Source: an uncultured Oscillospiraceae bacterium
Lineage (GTDB): Bacteria > Bacillota > Clostridia > Christensenellales > Aristaeellaceae
Assembly: GCA_964511785.1 (NCBI GenBank)
Contig: CAZEIB010000001.1
Location: 1 to 51,674 of the forward strand
Direction: 5' to 3'
Length of the DNA stretch: 51,674 nucleotides
In this document: one piece after another, positions 25,505 through 34,616 of the stretch
Position numbering within the stretch: position 1 is the stretch's first letter
Layout of the letters: every line of letters begins with the position of its first letter
The notes under the pieces: generated by a model
The model's database searches: none
Told to the model about the DNA's origin: nothing
The model's input: only the letters and a program-made list of their open reading frames with translations
Position numbers and translations under genes: made by a program

Positions 25505-26434
25505 ATGTTTGGATTCCGTCCTGATGGAAAATTAGTTGATCTTCCCGATCCCATCGTTCGTTTTACCCCTTATATTATGCCCCAGCGAGTAGATGCTCAA
25601 GTTTTTTTAAATCACTCTGTTGATTTTGAACCTTTAGCCCGATATATTGCCGATCAAAGCCATAAGGGAAAACGTATTACTTTTATGCAAATTATTATTG
25701 CTGCCTATGTTCGCGCTATTTCTCAGCATCCTGAAGTAAATCGCTTTGTTATGAATAAAAAATTCTATTCACGTAAAGAGTTAACTTGCTCTTTTACCGT
25801 TTTAAGAGATACAAAGGACGGTAGCATTGAAGAAAGTGCCACTAAAGTACATTTTGATCCTTCAGACACTTTATATGATGTACAAAAAAGGGTGAATAAA
25901 GCGATTGAAGAAAATCGTCCGGAAGATGAAAACCCTGCAATACTTAAGCTTGTAAACGGTCTTTTTTCTATTCCTTTTTTACCTACCATGGCCATGGGAT
26001 TTATTCGTTTAGCCGATCGCTATGGTTTTCTTCCAAAAGCTATTATTGATGTTAGCCCTTTTCACACCAGTATGTACTTAACCAACATGGCTTCTATTGG
26101 TATGCACTCTGTCAACCATCATTTATACAATTTTGGTACTACCGGTATTTTTTTAAGCATGGGTTCTATTGAAAGAAAACTAATTTTAGAAGATGATGGC
26201 AGTGTAACCCGTAAACGCCTTATGCCCATTGGCATTACTGCTGATGAGCGTGTTTGCGCAGGAGCCATATATGCAAAACTTTTTGCCACCATGCTTACCC
26301 ACATTAAAAACCCTAAATTACTTGAAACCCCGCCGGAAAAAGTTGTTTTTGATCTAGGCTGTGAGTACTCCGTTCCTAAACTGCCAGATACTCCTTCCCA
26401 AGAAGAAAACATTTTTAAGTTAGAAGTGATTTAA
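25505..26434 (+). CDS. stand-alone 2-oxoacid dehydrogenase E2 catalytic-domain-like (CAT-fold) protein
   Basis: 309 aa with no lipoyl or E1/E3-binding domain. The C-terminal region aligns by eye to the E2 core, but the DHRxxDG motif reads DERVCAG. Own promoter TTGACG-17-TACAAT at 25409-25437. Confidence 0.55.
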   Translation: MFGFRPDGKLVDLPDPIVRFTPYIMPQRVDAQVFLNHSVDFEPLARYIADQSHKGKRITFMQIIIAAYVRAISQHPEVNRFVMNKKFYSRKELTCSFTVLRDTKDGSIEESATKVHFDPSDTLYDVQKRVNKAIEENRPEDENPAILKLVNGLFSIPFLPTMAMGFIRLADRYGFLPKAIIDVSPFHTSMYLTNMASIGMHSVNHHLYNFGTTGIFLSMGSIERKLILEDDGSVTRKRLMPIGITADERVCAGAIYAKLFATMLTHIKNPKLLETPPEKVVFDLGCEYSVPKLPDTPSQEENIFKLEVI

Positions 26435-26520
26435 GCTGTTTTAAGGCTTGTTTCCATTATAACCACAATTCTTTCCTATATTTATTCCTTTTTATAAAAG
26501 CATCATCATTTTTGTTGCAT

Positions 26521-26571
26521 AAAAGGTTCAACTTGCGTATGATAAAAGCAAGTTGAACCTTTTATTTTTTT
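26521..26571 (+). terminator. strong intrinsic terminator
   Basis: 16-bp perfect stem AAAAGGTTCAACTTGC/GCAAGTTGAACCTTTT plus a T-run. Confidence 0.85.
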
Positions 26572-26615
26572 GATCATTCTATTTCCTTTTATTATTTTTA
26601 AAGGAGGTTTTAAAC

Positions 26616-27596
26616 ATGAAAAAATGGAGATTCGCCATCTCCTCTACAGGCGCTATTGCCAATCGAATGGCAAAACTTCTTATACAAATGGAAGAAGTTA
26701 CTTTACAAGCCGTTTCCTCAAGAACCCTTACCAAAGCCCTTCACTTTCAACAAACTTATGAGGTGGTCTCTGCCTATGATTCCTTTGAGGAGATGGTACA
26801 AGATCCCCTAATTGATATTGTCTATATTTCTTCCCCCCATCCCTTTCATTTTGAGCAGGCAAAAAAAGCTTTAGAGGGAAAGAAGCATGTCCTTTGCGAA
26901 AAACCTCTCACCCTTACTGCCAAACAAGGTGAAATTCTCCAAAAAACTGCTCTAACAAATCAGGTTATTTGTATGGAAGGAATGTGGACCCGTTTTTTGC
27001 CTACCATTAAAAAAGCCCAAGCCCTTGTTGAAGAGGGGGCTATTGGGCCTGTTCGCCTTATTGAAGCCAGCTTTGGCGGAGCAGGATTACAGGTAGAAAG
27101 GCTTTCACAAAAAGCTTTAGCCGGGGGAGCACTTTTAGATATTGGGGTTTACCCCCTTCACTTTGCTGCCCTGTTTATAAAAGACCAGAACCCCAAAATA
27201 CAAAGTACTGCCACTTTAACCCCTGAGGGGGTAGACGGACAAAATGCCATCACCCTTACTTCCTCAAAAGGGGAGATTGCTTTATTAACCAGCAGTATTT
27301 ACCATTCTCTTGAAAACCAAGGAAAAATTTATGGCGATAAGGGTACCATTACTCTCCCTTCTTTTTGGGGTGGAGAACAAGTCATTTTACAAGTAGAACA
27401 TCAAAAGGAAAAAATATTTTCTTTTCCCCATCCTTATGGTGACGGTTTTTATTATGAAGTTAAGGGACTTATTCAAGCCATTGAAAGCCAAAAAGCAGAC
27501 TGTTCCCAGATGCCTATGGGAGAGAGCATACGCATTTTACATCAAATGGATCAAATGCGAAAAGATTGGGGAATGGTCTTCCCCGAAGAAGAATAG
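26616..27596 (+). CDS. Gfo/Idh/MocA family NAD(P)-dependent oxidoreductase
   Basis: 326 aa. N-terminal Rossmann segment plus the EKP motif region (HVLCEKPLTLT), typical of the family. Confidence 0.85.
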   Translation: MKKWRFAISSTGAIANRMAKLLIQMEEVTLQAVSSRTLTKALHFQQTYEVVSAYDSFEEMVQDPLIDIVYISSPHPFHFEQAKKALEGKKHVLCEKPLTLTAKQGEILQKTALTNQVICMEGMWTRFLPTIKKAQALVEEGAIGPVRLIEASFGGAGLQVERLSQKALAGGALLDIGVYPLHFAALFIKDQNPKIQSTATLTPEGVDGQNAITLTSSKGEIALLTSSIYHSLENQGKIYGDKGTITLPSFWGGEQVILQVEHQKEKIFSFPHPYGDGFYYEVKGLIQAIESQKADCSQMPMGESIRILHQMDQMRKDWGMVFPEEE

Positions 27597-27598
27597 TT

Positions 27599-28246
27599 TT
27601 ATAAAGCCTCTTTTACTAGTTTTTCGTAAAGTTCTTTTGGAAGAACTTTTTTAAGAATTGTCAAAGCCTTCGTATATTCATTTTCTTTTTTACGATAACG
27701 TGAAGGAATATTTTCCTCTTCAAAAAAGCCTTGATCTTTGACCAAAGAAAAGCCCAGTTTGTGGTACATAATCACCGCTTTATGACTCCAGGTTTGAGTA
27801 TGCAGATATATATTTTCCTCTGGATGATGTTCGGCAAAATAAGCAAGAACATTTTCCATTACTGCTCTGCCAAGGCCCTTTCCTTGGCAGGAGGGAATGA
27901 CAGCTACCCAATGAACCATAGGGTGTTTTTTATCGTCAATTTTTTCAAACCAGGCAGAAGCTGTAGCCACAGGATTATTCTCTTCATCAAACAGCAAGAA
28001 ACATCTTTTCACCACTTCTTCCGGTTCGCTTAAATATTCTTTTTTAAAGTAAGCTAGCGCTTTTTCCTCATCATCAAACTCTAATGCAGCTGTTTCTATT
28101 TTTGCCCAAGCCTTTTCATCATTTTTATTATAGGTAAAAGGCCGAAGGGTATAGTTAGCAGGAAGAGATAAGCCTTTCCTTCTTTTTATCGAAACAGGCT
28201 TTTTTACCATAATTAAATTACAATAAGGGATAGACTTATCTAACAT
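27599..28246 (-). CDS. GNAT family N-acetyltransferase
   Basis: Acetyl-CoA motif A QGKGLGRAVMENV. Confidence 0.75.
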   Translation of the reverse strand: MLDKSIPYCNLIMVKKPVSIKRRKGLSLPANYTLRPFTYNKNDEKAWAKIETAALEFDDEEKALAYFKKEYLSEPEEVVKRCFLLFDEENNPVATASAWFEKIDDKKHPMVHWVAVIPSCQGKGLGRAVMENVLAYFAEHHPEENIYLHTQTWSHKAVIMYHKLGFSLVKDQGFFEEENIPSRYRKKENEYTKALTILKKVLPKELYEKLVKEAL

Positions 28247-28266
28247 GTAAAAACTCCTTTAACACA

Positions 28267-28731
28267 TTATTCTTCCATCATTTCTTTTTTCAGCAATAAA
28301 AATTCTTCTTGTAAAACCGGGTCTTTAGGAAACCCGGTAATTTTACTAAGAGTATTTTTTGCCTCTTCCTTTTCTCCAATTTCCCCTTGCATCCAAGCTA
28401 AATAGTACTGTAACAAGTTTTTTAATTCAAGGCTTTCTTCTTGCCTTAAAAGGGTTTTCATTTCTTCAATTTCTTGTGTTCCTTCAGGAAACTCTTCGAA
28501 TTTTTTTACAATATCATTCATTTGGTTTAAGGTTTTTAAATAGCGTCGTCTTTTTAAACCTATTGGAACCATAGCAAAAACGCCGGTCCAACCTCCCACT
28601 ATTAATATCCCTACTAAAAAGGCCGTTCCTCTATTTGCCATTTTTCCAAAGGTAAATACAAGTATTAAAGTTAATAGGGTAACCATGCCCCATAACACCA
28701 CTAGCCCTTGACGTTTAAAGTTGTTTGTCAT
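28267..28731 (-). CDS. hypothetical membrane protein (2 TM helices plus a helical cytosolic tail)
   Basis: 154-aa ORF with two hydrophobic helices. No recognised motif. Confidence 0.5.
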   Translation of the reverse strand: MTNNFKRQGLVVLWGMVTLLTLILVFTFGKMANRGTAFLVGILIVGGWTGVFAMVPIGLKRRRYLKTLNQMNDIVKKFEEFPEGTQEIEEMKTLLRQEESLELKNLLQYYLAWMQGEIGEKEEAKNTLSKITGFPKDPVLQEEFLLLKKEMMEE

Positions 28732-28740
28732 ATTTTTTCT

Positions 28741-29199
28741 CTACTTTCTTAAATCTTTTTTGTAATATACCATGTCTATCAGCCTTTTCCCCGCTTCTAT
28801 AATGGGCTTTTCATAATGATCTGTAAAAAAATTTTTTATCCTGTGGGAATAGGTAAACCCGCATTTTATATAAAAAGGTACTGTTAAGGGGCTGTCACCT
28901 GTACCCACAAGTAATGTATCTCCTAAGCTTTGATAGCTTCCTTCTATATGTTGAATCAAAGTTTTTCCATAACCTTTCCCTTGATATTCAGGTAAAATTC
29001 CCAAGTTTTTTATTTCAAATACCCTCTCCTCTTCTTGGGTTACCACTATCACTCCTATTTTTTCAGGAATAAAAAGGGCATAAAGTCGGCCTTGATATAA
29101 ATATTTTTCAATCATTTTTTCTTCTTCATCGGCCAAAAGAAGGAGAGGAAGGTAGGCATTTTTCTCAATATCCCCCTCTATTTCTCTGATTTCTTGCAA
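28741..29199 (-). CDS. GNAT family N-acetyltransferase (TTG start)
   Basis: QGKGYGKTLIQHI motif A. TTG at 29199 lies 7 nt after AAAGGAGG. The longer 188-aa ORF adds a hydrophobic extension without an RBS. Confidence 0.7.
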   Translation of the reverse strand: MQEIREIEGDIEKNAYLPLLLLADEEEKMIEKYLYQGRLYALFIPEKIGVIVVTQEEERVFEIKNLGILPEYQGKGYGKTLIQHIEGSYQSLGDTLLVGTGDSPLTVPFYIKCGFTYSHRIKNFFTDHYEKPIIEAGKRLIDMVYYKKDLRK

Positions 29200-29306
29200 T
29201 CTTTTTCCTCCTTTAAGCCATTTGTCACTTTTCTCATTATAAGGTAAAATAGCTATAACTACAATTCTCACAATCCCCATCGGCCAACCTATATAAGGAG
29301 GTTCCA

Positions 29307-30311
29307 ATGAAACAGCATGAATTTACCCTACCGCAACCTGTACTAAATGAAAAAGGCCACCCTTCCCCAGGATGGGCATCGGAAGGTCTTCTTCAATACA
29401 ACCGCAAAGCAATTAAAGCACCTTTTTATCGAATTAAAGAATGGGACTGGTATCAAATCAACACCGATCACCTTGCCCTTCAATTTACCTATGGCCATGC
29501 CAGTTACGCAGGGCAGGTTGGGGTAATGCTTTTTGATTTTATCAAAGGAGAGCCTCTCTATCAAAAAGATCTTATTTTACCCTTGCCCTTTTCTTCTATG
29601 AAACTTGGCTCCAATGCGGAAAAAGACGGGGTTTTGCAATACCAAAAAAAAGGGGTTTTACTACGTATTGAGACAAAGAATCAAGAATATCACATTCTTT
29701 TCAAGGACGAGCATTTTTCGGTAGATGTCCAGCTAAAAAGGCTTACCCCAAAATCTTTGGTCATTAATATTCCCTTTGATGAAAATCCTAAAGCCTTTTA
29801 TTATAACCAAAAAATTAATGCTATGGAAGCGGTGGGAACGGCAAAACTTGCAGATAAAGAGTATACTTTTACTTCCACTAAAGCCTGGGGCTTATTGGAT
29901 TGGGGAAGAGGAGTATGGCCTTTTTCCAATCAGTGGTACTGGTCTAATGCAAGTGGTCTTTTAAAAGAAAAAGTTTTTGGTTTTAATTTGGGCTGTGGCT
30001 TTGGCAACACCTCTACCGCCACAGAAAATGCTCTTTTTTATGAAGGAAACATTCATAAGTTGGGAAAGGTTTTCTTTGATGTAGGAGAAAGCTATATGGA
30101 TCCTTGGCACTTACATGACGAAGAAGGACGTTTAGACCTTACCCTAACCCCTACTTACGATAGAGAAACAAAAACCAAAGTATTATGGATTGACAATAAC
30201 ACCCACCAAATGTTCGGCTATTTTAACGGCACTGTTACTTTAGACAACGGAGAAAAATTACAAGTAGAAAATTTAGTTGGCTTTGCGGAACATGCTGTAA
30301 ACAACTGGTAA
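29307..30311 (+). CDS. hypothetical protein (DUF2804-like)
   Basis: 334-aa ORF with RBS AAGGAGG. The KEWDWYQI motif resembles DUF2804, from memory only. Confidence 0.5.
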   Translation: MKQHEFTLPQPVLNEKGHPSPGWASEGLLQYNRKAIKAPFYRIKEWDWYQINTDHLALQFTYGHASYAGQVGVMLFDFIKGEPLYQKDLILPLPFSSMKLGSNAEKDGVLQYQKKGVLLRIETKNQEYHILFKDEHFSVDVQLKRLTPKSLVINIPFDENPKAFYYNQKINAMEAVGTAKLADKEYTFTSTKAWGLLDWGRGVWPFSNQWYWSNASGLLKEKVFGFNLGCGFGNTSTATENALFYEGNIHKLGKVFFDVGESYMDPWHLHDEEGRLDLTLTPTYDRETKTKVLWIDNNTHQMFGYFNGTVTLDNGEKLQVENLVGFAEHAVNNW

Positions 30312-30342
30312 AACCTGTCCTCTTTTTGCTTATTTCCAATTT

Positions 30343-30867
30343 TTACTTATTTCCATTTTTTTCTAATAATAATAAAAACTTTTTATTATTAAGCCCTCCA
30401 CTATATCCTCCCAACCCTCCTTGGCTTGCAACAACTCTGTGGCAGGGAATTACAATAGAAAAGCGATTTGCCCCATTGGCTCCCCCTACAGCCCTATATC
30501 CTTTAGGGTTGTTCACCTTTTGGGCCAATTGTTTGTAAGACCAGGTTTCTCCATAGGGAATGGTTAAGAGGGCTTTCCAAACTTTTTTTTGAAAATCCGT
30601 TCCTACAATGTTTAAGGGCAAATTAAAGGCCTTTCTCTTCCCCGAAAAATACTCTTCTAATTGCCTCATTCCTTCTTCTATTAGGCTGGTTTCCCCTTGA
30701 AGAAGGTTTTTTTTCCATTTTGTTTCAAGGCAAATATCTCTTTCTTCACCTGCTTGCAGCTGCACAAAATTCATATAATGAATTTTGTCTTCATCTGCTA
30801 TAATGATGATTGGATCTATTTTTTGATTAAAAATTTTGGTTTGCCAATAAAGATTTTGGTTTTTCAC
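30343..30867 (-). CDS. ogt: methylated-DNA--protein-cysteine methyltransferase
   Basis: Active-site IPCHRVV and the upstream helix-turn-helix region (YKQLAQKVNNPKGYRAVGGANGAN). Confidence 0.85.
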   Translation of the reverse strand: MKNQNLYWQTKIFNQKIDPIIIIADEDKIHYMNFVQLQAGEERDICLETKWKKNLLQGETSLIEEGMRQLEEYFSGKRKAFNLPLNIVGTDFQKKVWKALLTIPYGETWSYKQLAQKVNNPKGYRAVGGANGANRFSIVIPCHRVVASQGGLGGYSGGLNNKKFLLLLEKNGNK

Positions 30868-30934
30868 ATTTTCACCTGATTTCTTTTAAATAAAGGCATA
30901 TTCTCTTCCTTTAAATATAACACTTGGAGGTATT

Positions 30935-32053
30935 ATGTCAACTTACATTCAACCCATTGTACTAGGCCTTTTAGTTTCTTTAGGCTTATTATACCTGTTA
31001 TCTTTGCCTGTTGCCATTTACCAATATCGAAAACATAACGGTATCTTAATAAAAAAAAGCTTTGTTTTTGCCTCCTTTATCATTTATATGATTGTTGCTT
31101 GGTTTTTAACTTTACTCCCTCTCCCCAGTAAAGAGGCTGTGGCAGCAATGACAAAAGCTCAACATAACCCTAAGCCTTTTTTGTTTATTTCCACTTTTTT
31201 ACAAAAATCCGGTTTTCATTTTAGCCAGCCTTCTACTTGGTTAAAAGCCCTCAAGCATCCCACTTTTTACAGCCCTGCCTTTAACCTTCTTCTTACCCTT
31301 CCCTTTGGAGTGTATTTACGTAAGTATTTTAACCGTTCTTTTCTTTCTACTTTGCTTTTAGGTTTTTTACTAAGTTTTTTTTATGAACTTACCCAATATA
31401 CAGGGATTTATGGCATTTACCCTCAAGCCTACCGTGTTGCCGATGTTGACGATATTATTCTAAATACTTTAGGCACCCTTTTAGGCTTTGCCATCACTCC
31501 TATTCTAAGTCGTCTGTTACCCACCATAGAAAAAGAGCCTTTGCCTATTTCCAAGCAAATTCATGTAGGCCTTCTTCGAAGAACTTTAGCTTACATAATT
31601 GATTTATTCCTTCTATCTTTTTTTCAATCTATTTTTTCCTTCTTTTTAAATATTCTCCACCTTCCCTTCCCTCATCAAGATCTTATTTTACCTTTTATCT
31701 TTTTTGCCTTATATTTTTTTCTTTTACCCTACCTTTCAAAAGGAAAAACCCTTGGTCAGGAATTTCTTAAAATTAAGATTCTTTCTACCCGAGAAAAACC
31801 CTTAGCCCTTTGGCAATTAGTGGTTCGAAACGGTATTGTTTTGTTTTTTACAAAAATTTTCCCCTTTATCTCCAGTTACTTTTCTTCCCATCAAAACTTG
31901 CCCCTTGCCAGTGTTTTCTCCGCTGTTTTTTTCCTTTTTTCTTCTGCTTTTTTTCTTCTGCTTGTTCTTACCGGTCTTTTCAAAAAACCTCGTTATTTTT
32001 ATGAATTACTTAGTTTTACCCGTCTTACCAGTGAAGAAATTCACTCTTCTTAA
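30935..32053 (+). CDS. VanZ-like / RDD-domain fusion membrane protein
   Basis: The N-terminal half has a VanZ-like TM pattern (ADVDDIILNTLGTLLGF). The C-terminal half has an RDD-like segment (LLRRTLAYIIDLFLL). Confidence 0.6.
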   Translation: MSTYIQPIVLGLLVSLGLLYLLSLPVAIYQYRKHNGILIKKSFVFASFIIYMIVAWFLTLLPLPSKEAVAAMTKAQHNPKPFLFISTFLQKSGFHFSQPSTWLKALKHPTFYSPAFNLLLTLPFGVYLRKYFNRSFLSTLLLGFLLSFFYELTQYTGIYGIYPQAYRVADVDDIILNTLGTLLGFAITPILSRLLPTIEKEPLPISKQIHVGLLRRTLAYIIDLFLLSFFQSIFSFFLNILHLPFPHQDLILPFIFFALYFFLLPYLSKGKTLGQEFLKIKILSTREKPLALWQLVVRNGIVLFFTKIFPFISSYFSSHQNLPLASVFSAVFFLFSSAFFLLLVLTGLFKKPRYFYELLSFTRLTSEEIHSS

Positions 32054-32128
32054 GTCTTGTTTTTCTTTTTCCCTTTTCTTTCGCCCTAATATGGTGACTG
32101 AATACGAATCATAAAAGGAGTGACCTTT

Positions 32129-33499
32129 ATGCCCCCCAAACAAATTTACAGCAAATATATCTCCCAAATTCACACTCTCTCAAAATGTTTTGACCAACAA
32201 GTAATTCCCTCCCAGTTATATCATACCCATCATGTTTACCGTGGTTTAAGAGATTTAAACGGGGATGGTGTGTTGGCAGGATTAACAACTATCTCTAAAG
32301 TAACGGCTAAAAAAGTGGTAGACGGCAAAGACATCCCTATGGAAGGAAAACTTTTTTATAGAGGAATTGAAATTAACGATATTGTTTCCGGTTTTCTTAA
32401 AGAAGACCGTTTTGGCTTTGAAGAAACCGCTTATTTATTGTTATTTGGCACATTACCTTCTAAAACAAAGCTTTTGAATTTTTCTCAGCTTTTATCCGGG
32501 CTTTGTTCCTTGCCCCCCAAGTTTGTTCGGGATATTATTATGAAAGCGGCTACAAAAGACATGATGAATGCCTTGGCCAGAAGTGTGTTAATGTTGTACT
32601 ATTATGATGACAACCCTGACGATACTTCTGTAGAAAATGTTTTACGCCAATGTTTACAGCTCATTGCGCAATTTCCCTTATTGGCTGTGTACGGGTATTT
32701 AGCTTATAACCATTACGAAAAAGAAGAGAGTCTTTTTATTCACTTACCAAACCCCGCCCTTTCTTTTGCGGAAAACATTTTATATATTTTAAGGCCCGAT
32801 CACAAATTTACCAAGCTGGAAGCCAGACTGTTAGATTTGTCTTTGGTTCTTCATGCAGAACATGGAGGAGGAAATAACTCTTCTTTTACCATGCATGTTG
32901 TTTCTTCTTCCGGTACAGATACCTATAGCGCTGTTGCAGCTGCCTTGGGTAGCCTAAAAGGTCCTCGCCATGGAGGCGCCAATATTAGGGTAATGGAAAT
33001 GATGGCTGACTTAAAAGCCCAGGTTAAAAACCCTCATAATGAAAGTGAAATTATTGATTATTTAAATCAAATTCTCAACAAAGAAGCTTTTGACCGCTCC
33101 GGTCTTATTTACGGTATTGGTCATGCTATCTATTCCTTATCGGACCCAAGGGCCGAAATTTTCAAAGATTTTGTTAAACAGTTAAGCAAAGAAAAAGGAA
33201 GAGAAGAAGACTTTCTTTTGTATCAAAGTGTTGCTACCTTAGCCCCAAAACTCATTAGTGAAAAAAGAAAAATGTATAAAGGGGTTTCTGCCAATATTGA
33301 TTTTTACAGTGGCTTTGTTTATGAAATGTTGGACCTGCCTGTAGAATTATACACTCCTATTTTTGCTATATCCCGTATGGCCGGTTGGGGAGCCCATCGC
33401 ATGGATTCTTTGTTGAACGATGGACGTATCATTCGTCCCCAATACCGTTATATCGGCGACTATCATTCTTATGTTCCCTTAGAAAACCGTGACAAATAA
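32129..33499 (+). CDS. citrate synthase (Si-type citrate/2-methylcitrate synthase family)
   Basis: LKGPRHGGAN and GIGHAIY catalytic motifs. ATG at 32129 lies 8 nt after AAGGAG. Confidence 0.9.
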   Translation: MPPKQIYSKYISQIHTLSKCFDQQVIPSQLYHTHHVYRGLRDLNGDGVLAGLTTISKVTAKKVVDGKDIPMEGKLFYRGIEINDIVSGFLKEDRFGFEETAYLLLFGTLPSKTKLLNFSQLLSGLCSLPPKFVRDIIMKAATKDMMNALARSVLMLYYYDDNPDDTSVENVLRQCLQLIAQFPLLAVYGYLAYNHYEKEESLFIHLPNPALSFAENILYILRPDHKFTKLEARLLDLSLVLHAEHGGGNNSSFTMHVVSSSGTDTYSAVAAALGSLKGPRHGGANIRVMEMMADLKAQVKNPHNESEIIDYLNQILNKEAFDRSGLIYGIGHAIYSLSDPRAEIFKDFVKQLSKEKGREEDFLLYQSVATLAPKLISEKRKMYKGVSANIDFYSGFVYEMLDLPVELYTPIFAISRMAGWGAHRMDSLLNDGRIIRPQYRYIGDYHSYVPLENRDK

Positions 33500-33533
33500 A
33501 GCGATTTTCCTTTTTCCCATTAGTAGCCCTAGC

Positions 33534-33572
33534 AAAAAGAGCTTATTGTTTTTCGCAATAAGCTCTTTTTTT
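33534..33572. terminator. bidirectional terminator
   Basis: 15-bp stem AAAAAGAGCTTATTG/CAATAAGCTCTTTTT. Confidence 0.8.
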
Positions 33573-33598
33573 ATAATCGAAGGAGTTTAACAAAGAAT

Positions 33599-34480
33599 CT
33601 ATTGTTTTTTCATTAAAGATAGTTCCTCATAGATGGCTATAATATTTTTTGTGTTCCCCGCTTCGCCACCGTAAATAATCACTTTCAATCCTTCTTTAGG
33701 CACGGTAAAGTTCCAGCGATATCCCTCTTTTTCTGAAATTTCCTCTAATTGAATTGGATACGCTTCCAGTACTTCATCTTTCTCTTCATCAAATAAGCCT
33801 ATAGTTATTATATTTGTATTGCTACCCAACAAGGATGCCTTTTTCATGGTAAACACATATTCTTCTTTTTCTTCCAACAAAGGGCTTAACAGTTTATAGC
33901 TATAATCATTTTCTTCATTGTTAAGATATATACTATGTTTCTCTCCTTCAGGGAGGAGGTTTTGTTCATTTAATGCAAGTTCTTCTTTCAAGCTTTTTTC
34001 TTTTCGAATTAAGGAAACTCCTGTGGCCTCAATTCCTATCCACTCCGATTGTCCACGAAGGTTAGGGTACAGTAGTAGCTCTACTCCTTCCGTATCTTCC
34101 GGAGTAATAAAATTCCATTCCAAAGGCTCTTTTTCAAGAGAAATCACCTTTTGTGCAAGTACGGTTTGATTTCTTTGATCAAATAAAGCTGCAACCAATA
34201 CTTGTGTATCTCCTTGGGTTACCTTTACTTCTCCAAAAGAAAGCTGATAACTGGCCTTTGGTTGTAGGCTATAAGATAATACAAGGTGATTATAGCTACT
34301 GTCTTTCTCGTAAATTTCTACTTTATTTTTCTCCTCGCTTCTTAGCTCACTTTTCTCACTAAAATAACTTTGGGGAAAAATGCCGAGGATTCCTGTAATC
34401 GAAACCACCATAATTGCTAAAGCAATTAAAATAGTTATGCTTTTCAATACTTGATTTTTTTTCATAATTCCCCTTCTCAA
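33599..34480 (-). CDS. membrane-anchored hypothetical protein with two tandem ~110-aa repeats
   Basis: N-terminal TM anchor. The two halves align by eye (Y..L.S..., LFDQ/LFDE, WNFITPED/WNFTVPKE, LLLY/VIIY). Confidence 0.5.
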   Translation of the reverse strand: MRRGIMKKNQVLKSITILIALAIMVVSITGILGIFPQSYFSEKSELRSEEKNKVEIYEKDSSYNHLVLSYSLQPKASYQLSFGEVKVTQGDTQVLVAALFDQRNQTVLAQKVISLEKEPLEWNFITPEDTEGVELLLYPNLRGQSEWIGIEATGVSLIRKEKSLKEELALNEQNLLPEGEKHSIYLNNEENDYSYKLLSPLLEEKEEYVFTMKKASLLGSNTNIITIGLFDEEKDEVLEAYPIQLEEISEKEGYRWNFTVPKEGLKVIIYGGEAGNTKNIIAIYEELSLMKKQ

Positions 34481-34502
34481 AGTGTTTTTATATTTTAGCT
34501 AT

Positions 34503-34532
34503 GAACCCTGTTATTTTAACATAACAGGGTTC
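34503..34532. repeat. 12-bp perfect inverted repeat (hairpin) between mgtE and the downstream gene
   Basis: GAACCCTGTTAT-tttaac-ATAACAGGGTTC with no flanking T-run on either strand. Confidence 0.5.
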
Positions 34533-34616
34533 AACATACAACTTTCCTTTATCACAAAACGCCTTTGTTTAAAAACAAAAACCGCCTATGTTTTGCCCAT
34601 CGATTTAAGTATTTCT

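Noticed and set aside
28741-29307. The full 188-aa version of the GNAT ORF, reaching 29307.
   Set aside because: The first 36 codons lack an RBS and would abut the divergent gene's start. A TTG at 29199 with an AAAGGAGG RBS gives a typical ~150-aa GNAT.
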